This document shows, piece after piece, positions 10,480 through 19,144 of a DNA stretch of 64,000 nt; within the stretch, counting starts at the first letter, position 1, and the number at the start of each line of letters is the position of its first letter. The position numbers and the translations under genes are program-made. Source of the DNA: an uncultured Planctomycetota bacterium. Lineage in GTDB: Bacteria > Planctomycetota > Planctomycetia > Isosphaerales > Isosphaeraceae. The stretch spans positions 960,001 through 1,024,000 of the forward strand of contig CAWGMQ010000006.1 of NCBI GenBank assembly GCA_963823665.1, given 5' to 3'. The notes under the pieces are model-generated. The model did not search any database. It was not told the DNA's origin and worked only from the letters and a program-made list of their open reading frames with translations.

Positions 10480-10841
10480 GTAAGCGTTCGCCTGAGTCCA
10501 AGCACTTCGCCAGCAATAGCCGGCGTGTTCGCTCCCATAGTGGACAGCCGGCATCGACTGGCTCACATTCAACACAATGCATGCACTGAAGTGATCAATG
10601 GTCGCCTCTTGTCTCTCTTCTTCCCTGCCTTAGCTGCCTTCTGTTCAAAATCCGTGAATTCATCGCGCACCGATGTCCGGACTCTGCTTCCACCAGCCCA
10701 CCGGAGTTCGCACGTGCTCCGCCAGTAAGGCCACAGAATTCTTGAACAGAAGCTAAGAACCCAATCGCGTTCCGTTCTGACCACATTTCACCTGCGATGA
10801 ATGAAGCCAAGCCGCCGACCGACCGTCACTGGACATTCGGA

Positions 10842-11468
10842 TCAAGGCAGAGCATTCAGCACTGCAAGGGCGACGATTTGCAAGATCCAAACAAACCCCA
10901 GAATGACGCCGACAATCTCGAAAAAGTTCCAGTTGAATCGCATGCACCTGCTTACGAATAACACCAGCCACACAGCTAGCACAGGACCGCGCACCTCCGC
11001 TTCCGCGGTTGACATGGTACCCGCCCAGCGCGGGGTAAAAACTCCATGTTGCGCCACGCGACTCGTCCACCACATTAACCCCGGAACAAAGTGCTCGAGC
11101 ACCACCGCTACGCAGCACAATGACGCCGCGCCGCCAGGCTGGCACACCATGGCCCGAACCGCGGTCCCCGATCTCCTGGCTTGCAAGAAGAAGACTCCAA
11201 ATCCACAAACGACGAGTGACGAGTTCGCCATCCCCAAGATTTCATAGAAAAACAAGGGATCCCGGAACCAATCGCGAAGCGTCGGCTCGTCGACAACGGG
11301 AGATTCTCCACTTGCACCGATGAGAAGACTCGTTTGCTTTTGTCGCCATTGCTGTTTCTCACGGAAGTACGATCTAGACACCGTGAAACCGATGGCAATC
11401 AGGGCGACAAACGCGAGAAGATCGAGTACTTTGAGTTTCGCACGGGAATTCTCAGTGTTGTTCGTCAT
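10842..11468 (-). CDS. Hypothetical multi-pass membrane protein
   Basis: N-terminal KLKVLDLLAFVALIAIGF plus about 4 more hydrophobic segments; lower GC. Confidence 0.7.
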   Translation of the reverse strand: MTNNTENSRAKLKVLDLLAFVALIAIGFTVSRSYFREKQQWRQKQTSLLIGASGESPVVDEPTLRDWFRDPLFFYEILGMANSSLVVCGFGVFFLQARRSGTAVRAMVCQPGGAASLCCVAVVLEHFVPGLMWWTSRVAQHGVFTPRWAGTMSTAEAEVRGPVLAVWLVLFVSRCMRFNWNFFEIVGVILGFVWILQIVALAVLNALP

Positions 11469-11585
11469 GCCCGCACTCCCGATCTGTCTTCCGCTGTCTT
11501 TCGCCGCTCTCCCACGCCGGTCAAACACGTGAGCATTGAGGGCGACCCCTCGGAGCTCGGTCAGTTCCCCTGGGCGCAACAGTGC

Positions 11586-11879
11586 TCACAACTCGACCCG
11601 TCCTTGGATTCCAACAGCCACGAGACTCAAGAACAAAGCGAACGCGTAACCAACGATCGCTATGGCTGCGAGCAAGGCCGTGAGTTTCTCCCCGAACGAG
11701 TCAGATCCCTCTAATCGCCATGCAACGCCCATCAGGCCGACTGGAATGAACATCAACACCGACCAGATGCAAACGATCGGTAACATGCATCCGGCTTTTG
11801 CTCCTGCCGTGAGCGCCCACATTGGTCCGGTCGCGACGACGAGAAAAACTTGAATAGTCCGTATGTGGAACTTCATCAA
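11586..11879 (-). CDS. Small membrane protein
   Basis: MKFHIRTIQVFLVVA; 3 hydrophobic segments; AAGGA RBS. Confidence 0.65.
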   Translation of the reverse strand: MMKFHIRTIQVFLVVATGPMWALTAGAKAGCMLPIVCIWSVLMFIPVGLMGVAWRLEGSDSFGEKLTALLAAIAIVGYAFALFLSLVAVGIQGRVEL

Positions 11880-11945
11880 TGTTCCTTGATCCGTCGAGTA
11901 TATTCACACTTTACACAGAGGACGCTCACTGGCCAAGCATCAGAT
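11880..11945. repeat. Dispersed intergenic repeat, copy A (similarity to 10553-10581 continues at about 11994-12022)
   Basis: TGTTCCTTGATCCGTCGAG..CACACTTTACACAGAGGACGCTCACTGGCCAAGCATCAGAT matches 12640-12705. Confidence 0.8.
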
Positions 11946-12092
11946 CTCAGCGATCGCTCGACGCGCCGAATAGCCTCCCCGAAGGAGTAGAGGATCGACC
12001 GACTCACATTCAATGAGATGCACCAGCCCAGCGTCAATGACTTGAGTGAAGCTGAGGTCCAGTTCCGACAAATTCGTGAGCAAGGAACCCCA

Positions 12093-12506
12093 TCAGAACC
12101 CGCCTGACTCTGAACCCTGTCGCCCCTCGGGTTCCCGCGGACCGCTGCCGGGCGGCTCAAAAAGCCACCATGCCAGGAGAGCACAGAGTAGGCCGAACAT
12201 GACCCCGATCTGGGAACCTTCAGCGACCTGCCGGGCATCTTGATTCAACCGCACCCAGAACCCTCCCCACACGACGAAAACAAGATCCAGCCAGCCGAAC
12301 GTTGCGAAGCCCTGGCACGCTCGGCGCAAGCGAGGGTAGGCGCAGAAGGAGCCGAGCGAGGCCGTCGCGAGTAGGGCCAGGAAGGACGACAGATAAAACC
12401 TGGGATTCGGAGACGGCGGCGGTAGCAAGAACAGGCGATAGGCGGCGAAGCCGATCCCGGAGACCAGCACCAGCACGATGAGGTCAGATATCTTCCAGCG
12501 GGACAT
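12093..12506 (-). CDS. Small membrane protein
   Basis: MSRWKISDLIVLVLVSGIGFAAYR; 4 TM segments; GFATFGW motif. Confidence 0.75.
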   Translation of the reverse strand: MSRWKISDLIVLVLVSGIGFAAYRLFLLPPPSPNPRFYLSSFLALLATASLGSFCAYPRLRRACQGFATFGWLDLVFVVWGGFWVRLNQDARQVAEGSQIGVMFGLLCALLAWWLFEPPGSGPREPEGRQGSESGGF

Positions 12507-12639
12507 GGGCGGGCTCGCGGTTAGCGCGTGATTCAGGCGATTGAGCTTTGGACCTCGTCAAGACCATCGGATTCCCGAGGATTCGGCGACTCCCGCCGAG
12601 ATCGACTTCACTATCGAAACCTGTTATTCGACGGTCAAG

Positions 12640-12705
12640 TGTTCGTTGATCCGTGGAGCATCTCCACACTTTACACACAAGACGCTTACTGGCCAAGCAT
12701 CAGAT
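12640..12705. repeat. Dispersed intergenic repeat, copy C (similarity to 10610-10650 continues at about 12748-12785)
   Basis: TGTTCGTTGATCCGTGGAG..CACACTTTACACACAAGACGCTTACTGGCCAAGCATCAGAT. Confidence 0.8.
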
Positions 12706-12859
12706 TTCACCAATCAACCTTGTTCAGCAATCAACCTTCCGCTCCTTTCCCTCTTCTTCGTTACCTTGGTTACCTCCTGTTCAAGGCCCGTGTGCGCTCG
12801 CCATCGAACCGCCAGACCTCGGCGCCGCACAGCGCCGCATCCCGTCGGCGGGCTCGGCG

Positions 12860-13175
12860 TCCCGGTGATCGCCACCGCAACGGGGGGCGTGCCCTCGGCC
12901 ATTTCTTCACTCGGAGTAACGACACCACCGGCCGGACTTTCCCCTGCCGTGGCGCGTGACCCGGATGCGGACGATCTGACCATAGAAAAACCCTTTCGAC
13001 ATGGCCCGCGCCCTTCCCGCCTCGCCTCCGTCAGTCGGCGCCGAACCAGGCGTCGGGGGGGCGATGTCCGGGCCAGTCCGAGTAAGGCGCTTTGATCGGT
13101 CGCCGAACTGGAAAGTCTGCCGAGCTCCACGAAGTCGGAGGCAGCTTCGTCCTCAAGACTTGCGAGGAAATCCCT
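12860..13175 (-). pseudogene. Decayed antitoxin / PemK(MazF)-like toxin pair
   Basis: From ATG 13002: MSKGFFYGQIVRIRV..., then with indels GKVRPVV..TPSEEM...VAVAITGT (PemK-like K.RP.V and VAIT). Upstream fragment ends LARTSP..DAWFGAD-stop. Confidence 0.5.
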
Positions 13176-13195
13176 CTAGCGATCACCCAGCTCAT

Positions 13196-13618
13196 CTACT
13201 CGAGTTCTGGTTCGGGCGTTGGTTCGGGAGGTGACTCCGGATCAGGAGCGACCTTTATCCAGGGATGGGAAGCTGCGTACTCATATTTCTGCTTCAACTG
13301 AAGCTGATAATCAGCCATGCTGGCTTCGAATAGGGCCTGGCGCTGAAAGCGTTTCAGAATCTGTGTTAGCTCATTAACATCCACATTTACGGCGTTGCAT
13401 GTGACGCGATCAATGTCTGTTTGCAGACGTCGCACTTCCGCTTCTAAACCTTCTTGGTTCTCGCGGTATTGCTGGAAATACATGTCGTGCGTCGCCGCCC
13501 GGGCGTGATGAAAAGCCGCCGCCCGATAAAACCTGCTCGCCATGACGCCGCCCCAGACCAGGAGCGCCGCTACCGCGACCAGTCCGCTCGCCGCTCGGAG
13601 TGTCAAATTGGGGCGCAT
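13196..13618 (-). CDS. Membrane-anchored protein with C-terminal PWxxVxPDP motif
   Basis: MRPNLTLRAASGLVAVAALLVWGG...KYEYAASHPWIKVAPDPESPPEP. Confidence 0.75.
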   Translation of the reverse strand: MRPNLTLRAASGLVAVAALLVWGGVMASRFYRAAAFHHARAATHDMYFQQYRENQEGLEAEVRRLQTDIDRVTCNAVNVDVNELTQILKRFQRQALFEASMADYQLQLKQKYEYAASHPWIKVAPDPESPPEPTPEPELE

Positions 13619-13803
13619 GTGAAAAACCCGCAACACTGAGTCTCCCACGCCGTTTTGCGTCTCGGCGTCAAACCATAGGATCTCCGAAGGTCCTCCTTCT
13701 GGAAAGCTTGATCTCGCGAAATTCCTTGCGATCATCCCAGCCCACGGCTAAGCTCCTGGGGTCTACTCGTTGCGCATCGTCGCCACCCGGAGACAAATGA
13801 TTC

Positions 13804-14166
13804 ATGCAGATCCATTATCTCGAAATCGTGACCAAGCAGGTCGATGCGGTCTGCGCAGCGTACGCGGCCGCGAGCGGTGTGCAATTCGGCGAACCGGACG
13901 CCGGGCTCGGCAACGCACGGACAGCCCCGCTCGCCGGAGGCGGGCTCTTGGGCGTGCGGGCACCGTTGCACGAGACTGAAGAGCCGGTGGTGCGGCCCTA
14001 CTGGCTGGTCGACGACATCGAAGCAGCCGTGGCGGCGGCAGTGAATGCCGGCGCCCAGGTCGCTCACCCGCCGCTGGAGATCCCCGGCCACGGCACGTTC
14101 GCAATCTACATCCAGGGCGGCATCCACCACGGCCTCTGGCAACTGTCCGCGCGCGGAAGCTCGTGA
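13804..14166 (+). CDS. VOC/glyoxalase family protein
   Basis: IHYLEIVT, PYWLVDDIEAAV, GAQVAHPPLEIPGHGTFAIY..GLWQ; GGAG RBS. Confidence 0.9.
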   Translation: MQIHYLEIVTKQVDAVCAAYAAASGVQFGEPDAGLGNARTAPLAGGGLLGVRAPLHETEEPVVRPYWLVDDIEAAVAAAVNAGAQVAHPPLEIPGHGTFAIYIQGGIHHGLWQLSARGSS

Positions 14167-14380
14167 ATCCTCGGCCTGAAAGCCGCGACGGCGCCTCGCT
14201 CGAGATCCGGAACGCCGTCTTCGTCGCGAGGGAGAAATGGAACGGTCAGCGCCAGCCACTTTATCGAGGAAACGGCCCCGGCCGCTCTAGGCGTGTTCCG
14301 GCTGGTCGGGTATGCTGAATCCCAGGCGGCTCGTCTGAAGAGCCGCTCCGTGCAGAATCGTCGCGTGCGGGGCTCGTGAG

Positions 14381-14599
14381 TTGAAAGTGACCGCGTACGA
14401 AGCCACCGTTCACAACGGTCAAATCAAGGTGGCCGGGGCCGTGCGGCTTCCCGAACATGCTCGGGTCTATGTTGTGGTGCCAGACGCCGATGGAGCAACC
14501 GTCTTGCACGTCGGTAGCCCCCGCCTGGCACAACCGGAGCGTGCGGCCGATTTCACGATGGAGGTCTCCGAGGAACCTCGGAATGACAGCCTACGATGA
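14381..14599 (+). CDS. Small AF2212/DUF104-like (AbrB-fold) putative antitoxin
   Basis: AYEATVHNGQIKVAGAVRLPEHARVYVVVP pattern; overlaps start of next gene. Confidence 0.6.
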   Translation: MKVTAYEATVHNGQIKVAGAVRLPEHARVYVVVPDADGATVLHVGSPRLAQPERAADFTMEVSEEPRNDSLR

Positions 14600-14800
14600 C
14601 GATGGCTTCGCTCCTCCTGCTCCGATCGCACGGGTAGCGCTTCGGCACCCAGATTCCGGTGTGATTCTCGCTGACGTGCGGATGCTGATCGACTCGGGCG
14701 CAGATGCGACCTTGTTGCCTAGAGCTGCCATCGTGTCGCTCGGTTCTCGTAGGCACAGGCGAGCGGTACCTTCTGGAGTCGTACGGTGGAAGAAGCGCCG
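14583..14800 (+). pseudogene. Retropepsin-like (clan AA) aspartic protease, frameshifted and apparently 3'-truncated
   Basis: FAPPAPIARV...MLIDSGADATLLP; +1 indel near 14745 continues LVGTGERYLLESYGG; no ILGR-like motif follows. Confidence 0.65.
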
Positions 14801-14973
14801 CGCATTGCCGTCAACCACTCGTGCTGCGCAACCATCCCAAGGCGCCGTTCAGAAGCCGGGTTGACCCGGTCGCCCATCCAAGTATCCTTCTCGCAGGGCT
14901 GATCCGGGCCGCGTCGTGATGATGCCAGGAGCATGAGGCTCGACCCGAGATCTCGAACGAAGGAGCGATCAAC

Positions 14974-15901
14974 GTGCAGCGAATTTCGCGTAAATTCCTT
15001 CCCGCTGCCAATTTGACCGTGGCCTGCTTGGCAACCCTCCTTCCCGGTGACATCCGTGGGGACGCGATCAATCCATGGCAGGGCGCTTCGGTTTCGGTTC
15101 TCAGCGGCCGGAAAGGACGCCTCAAACTCAGGCGCGACCGCCTCGGCGAGCTCGTCCGGTAGCACCTCAGCCAGCTCCCTGGGTTCCTCTGGCCAACCCG
15201 TCACGATTGGTTACTCAGGAAGCGCAAGCGCAAGTGCGTCGGGAAATGCGAATCAGCTCTTGAGCGTCAGCACGAGCCTGTCGCAAGGAGTGACAGGTGT
15301 GCTGACAGCTCCGATCAACCCCAGCTACCCGGTCTCCGCCGTCGCGTCGTGGAATAACGATTCGCTGATCGTCCAGGGGCCTGCTGGGGCGGCGCTGCCG
15401 AGTTCGATCACGCTCCAGTTCAGGATCGACGTTTCACCGATCGCTTCGCTTCAGCTCGGTACCGGCACTGACCTGGCCGTTCAAATCAACGGCGAGAATC
15501 ATGTTCTTACGAGCAATGGTGATGGCACAATTACCATGCAACCGCCAGCCTCGAGCGGCGCACAGTCCTCGACTCAGACGGGAACACTTGACATCAAGCT
15601 GGCGCTGAATGCGGCTGGCGTTAGCGATCCGTTCAGCGTGGGGTTGTCGAGCTCCCAAGCTGTGCAGCCCATCACAATTCCCGTGAATCTGCCACCGGGT
15701 TCACTCGCTCTTTCACTGACCGGCGTCAACCTGCCCGACGGCGCTCCGCTGTCGTCCGGGGGATTCAGCGTGACCTTCGCTTCGGGGCTGACTCTGGCGC
15801 CCCAAGCTGTGCCAGAACCGGCAACGCTCCCCATCTGGGTGTCGATTGCCGCGTTCGCCGTGACATTGAGACATCGAGCCAGAGCCGCGCGGGCTTGCTA
15901 G
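14974..15901 (+). CDS. PEP-CTERM sorting-domain surface protein (indel near 15100)
   Basis: Signal-like N-terminus in ORF 14974; Ser-rich body and VPEPATLPIWVSIAAFAVTLRHRAR in ORF ending 15901. Confidence 0.8.
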
Positions 15902-16278
15902 TGCTCGCACACAATGTCCGTTGCGTGCACGCAATCAACGGAAATCCCAATCTCCTTGGACGCTGCGAACCAGTAAGACCATCCCGTTGTACCGTTCACT
16001 TCCCACTCCGCCTTGCCTTCCAGCCCCGTACGGGTAAGATAACGCGCGCGGCAAGCTCTTGCCGCTGCCTTTGGTTCGGTCTCTCGATCGGGCGCATTTC
16101 CTTCGCCTCGAAATTCCTCGGTCTTTTCTTTGGCCGCTAGCCCGCGCTCGAGGGATCGATTCTTTTCAAAAAAAAACGACCAAGGCCGGAACGGCCGTCG
16201 GACGCGGGTCAGATGAGAGCGCATCTCGGATGCGCCTGCCGCGGCCGGTCATCTCCAAGGATGGAGACCAAGCCAATC

Positions 16279-19086
16279 ATGAAACGAGTGTTGGTGGTAA
16301 CCCTCTTGAGCTTGGGGGCGGCCGGTTGTGCCCAGTCGCGCTCCGCTCTCTCACAGCAGGATCCGCCCGGGTCCACGACCGCCAAGTCCAAACTCGGGCC
16401 AGTCGCTGTGAATCCGGTCCCCTCGCTTTACGACACGGTCAACCGAAGCATGGGCAACTCGGCTGTCGTTCGCTCCGCGATCAAGGATCCCGACGATCCG
16501 CGATGGTCCGGCCGGGCGCCGGCTAGCGTGGCCCTCAATCCGGGCGGGCCCGTCCCGGCGGACTCAGGTCAATCGCAAACTCAGATGGCTCTGGCCGGCG
16601 ACGCCAAGCCGACGACGCCGACCGCGACCGCGGCCGTCCCCGCGCAAGGCCCGCTCGCGACCCAGCTACCCGCGACCGCGGCCGTCCCCGCGCAAGCCCC
16701 GCTCGCGACCGAGCTACCCGCGACCGCGGCCGTCCCCGCGCAAGCCCCGCTCGTGACCGAGCTACCCGCGACGGCGGCCGTTCCCGCGCAAGGCCCGCTC
16801 GCGACCCCGCTACCCGCGACCGAGGCGCCGGTCGCCTCACCGGAAGCAACAGCCCGCGGCGCCGTATCAGCCGAGCCGTTATCGGGTCCAGATGCGGCCG
16901 CGGCCATCGCCGCCAACCCGGTGCGCAACCCGGCGCCGGCTTCGCAGCCGGAAGCGCTCACCAATCCGATCGCGTTGCCCGCGCCAGATTCGCCGCGGGA
17001 TACGCTGACGATGCCCACCCCCAGAGTGTCGCCCGCTCCCGATTCGACCCCTCCGCGGGGCGATGCGGTCCCGAGCGACCCGCCGGGAACCAGCATGGGC
17101 TTGCCCGTCAGCGGGCCGATTCCGGTTCCACCGGAAGGACCGCAGAATGGCGCACCGGCCCTGCCGGCGTTGCCCGACAACGCACTGGCCAACCCGCCCG
17201 GCCCCCTCACGCCGGGGTCGCCTGACATTGCACCGCCGCCTGGCGGCTCGCAGGACGCACTGGCCAACCCGCCCAGCCCGCTTCCGCCAGGTTCGCCTGA
17301 CGTCGCACCGCCGCCTTCCGGCGGCCCGCAAGGCGCACTGGTCAACCCGAGTGGCTCGCTCGCGCCGGCCTCGCCTGAGGGCGTGCCGACGCGCCAGGCC
17401 CGCAAGCCAATCGCCGACCCCTTGCTGGGCCCCAATCCGCAATTGATGCCCCCGATTCCCGATGTGACGGAGGCAGACGCCATTCCTGTCAAGAAGACGG
17501 CGCAGCCCGCCAGGGCGATGCCCGCGGCCGGACCTGCGGCCGCCTCATTGAAACCCACGGCCTCGAGCACGCCCACGGCGGTGCCCGACGTCAAGCCCCC
17601 CGCGCTCCCCGATTTGCCGGAGCTCCCTCCGGCAGCGGCGGCGCCGGCGCCATCACAAGCACCGGCCCAATCGCCGGCCGCAGCCCCGGCGCCGATCGAG
17701 CTCGAAGTCGCTCCCTCGGCTGATCCAGGAGCCGGCGTCGCGCCGGCACCCGCTGAGAAACCCGCGGGATCTGGTGGTTCAGCCGCCCTCACCGAGCCGG
17801 CATCTGCCGGCTCGGTGGCGGCGCTGCCGGTCCTCGAAGTGGCCCCGCAAGCCGCGAGCGCCGCCGCCACTCTCACGGCACAAACAGCATCCGGCCCCGC
17901 CGGCTCGCCGCGCAGCGACCCGCAGGTCGTCCTCGCCTCCGGCGAAAAAACCAAGCAACAGCCGCCCGTGCCCCCAGATCCAGCAAGCCTCGCCGACCGC
18001 CGCAGACGGGTCGTGCTCCCAGAGCCCGGTCGCCCGCTCGCGAAAGTCGGTGAAGAGGTCGTTACCTACCACGACCTGATGGGTGTTGTGCTCCAGCACC
18101 GGGCGTATGAGCAGCTCAGGAACGCCTACCTCGCTGGCGGCGCAGCCGAGAAACGCGAGGCCGAAAAGCAAATCACGATGATGAAAATTGCCCTCCTCGA
18201 CGAACTGATCAACCGCAGCCTTCTCGCTCAGGAAGCCAAGCGCCATATCACAAAGCGTAAGGAAGGCGCCACGATGCTGAACTCCATCTACGAAGAGGCT
18301 GACCAGCGCTTCCGCGAGAGCGAAGTCCTTCCCCTCCAGCGCAAGTTAAACCTCGACACTGAGTCTCAGGTCAAGGAAAAGCTCGCCGAGCAGGGCTGGT
18401 CACTCTCCGAGATGCAACAAGCATTCCGCCAGAAGTATATCGGTGAGATGTACCTGTATTCCATCCTGAGAGACAAGATCAAGGCCGAGCTGCCGGATAT
18501 GCGCAAATACTACAGTGAACACGCCGAGAAGCACGAATTCGACCGGCCGGCGCTCATCACCTGGCGGGAAATCGTCGTCGAGCCGGTCAAATCTCCCCCT
18601 AGAGAGGGCACGAAAGACGACACCAAGATCCCGTTCGAAGGCGACAGCATCAACCTTGCGGCCGCTCGCGGCGAGGCCACCGCCATTCTCGAGAGACTGC
18701 GCAAGGGCGAAGACTTCGCCAAGCTCGCCAGGACGGAAAGCGACGGGCCCGCCGCCTCTCGCAGCCACGGAGGCTTGATGGAAACATCTCCCGGCGGCTA
18801 TGGAATCCCAGCCGTCAACAAGGCTCTCGAATCGCTCCCGATCGGCCAGGTCAGCGACTTGATCGAGGCGCCCGACGGCTACCACATCGTCAAGGTCGAG
18901 AAGCGTCGCGCCGCTGGGCCGGCGACCTTCGAGGAAGTTCAGAACCAGATCAAGCCGTTGATCGAGAATGAGAAAGGGAACAGGGAACGCATTGCCTTGA
19001 TCACCAAGCTCCGTAAAAATAATTACATAAGAATATACAGTGAAAAATCGAAAAAAGTGGATGAGCCCAAGCCCGCCAAGACCTGA
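16279..19086 (+). CDS. Lipoprotein PpiC/parvulin-type peptidyl-prolyl isomerase with very long Pro/Ala linker
   Basis: Lipobox LGAAGC; SurA-like PLAKVGEEVVT; rotamase GEDFAKLARTESDG...SLPIGQVSDLIEAPDGYHIVKV. Confidence 0.9.
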   Translation: MKRVLVVTLLSLGAAGCAQSRSALSQQDPPGSTTAKSKLGPVAVNPVPSLYDTVNRSMGNSAVVRSAIKDPDDPRWSGRAPASVALNPGGPVPADSGQSQTQMALAGDAKPTTPTATAAVPAQGPLATQLPATAAVPAQAPLATELPATAAVPAQAPLVTELPATAAVPAQGPLATPLPATEAPVASPEATARGAVSAEPLSGPDAAAAIAANPVRNPAPASQPEALTNPIALPAPDSPRDTLTMPTPRVSPAPDSTPPRGDAVPSDPPGTSMGLPVSGPIPVPPEGPQNGAPALPALPDNALANPPGPLTPGSPDIAPPPGGSQDALANPPSPLPPGSPDVAPPPSGGPQGALVNPSGSLAPASPEGVPTRQARKPIADPLLGPNPQLMPPIPDVTEADAIPVKKTAQPARAMPAAGPAAASLKPTASSTPTAVPDVKPPALPDLPELPPAAAAPAPSQAPAQSPAAAPAPIELEVAPSADPGAGVAPAPAEKPAGSGGSAALTEPASAGSVAALPVLEVAPQAASAAATLTAQTASGPAGSPRSDPQVVLASGEKTKQQPPVPPDPASLADRRRRVVLPEPGRPLAKVGEEVVTYHDLMGVVLQHRAYEQLRNAYLAGGAAEKREAEKQITMMKIALLDELINRSLLAQEAKRHITKRKEGATMLNSIYEEADQRFRESEVLPLQRKLNLDTESQVKEKLAEQGWSLSEMQQAFRQKYIGEMYLYSILRDKIKAELPDMRKYYSEHAEKHEFDRPALITWREIVVEPVKSPPREGTKDDTKIPFEGDSINLAAARGEATAILERLRKGEDFAKLARTESDGPAASRSHGGLMETSPGGYGIPAVNKALESLPIGQVSDLIEAPDGYHIVKVEKRRAAGPATFEEVQNQIKPLIENEKGNRERIALITKLRKNNYIRIYSEKSKKVDEPKPAKT
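16622..16820 (+). repeat. Coding tandem repeat, 48-bp unit, about 4 copies
   Basis: PATAAVPAQ(G/A)PL(A/V)T(Q/E/P)L repeated. Confidence 0.9.
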
Positions 19087-19144
19087 CCCATCTCACCTGT
19101 TTCGACGTGTAACGAGCTTTTGACGCAATACTCTTGATGAAATC

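Noticed and set aside
11880..12705. Integron attC sites or CRISPR repeats
   Set aside because: No RYYYAAC/GTTRRRY-bounded palindromes, spacing is gene-sized and irregular, and no integrase or cas genes; kept only as an unexplained repeat.
16622..16820. CRISPR-like array
   Set aside because: Head-to-tail 48-bp coding repeats with no unique spacers.
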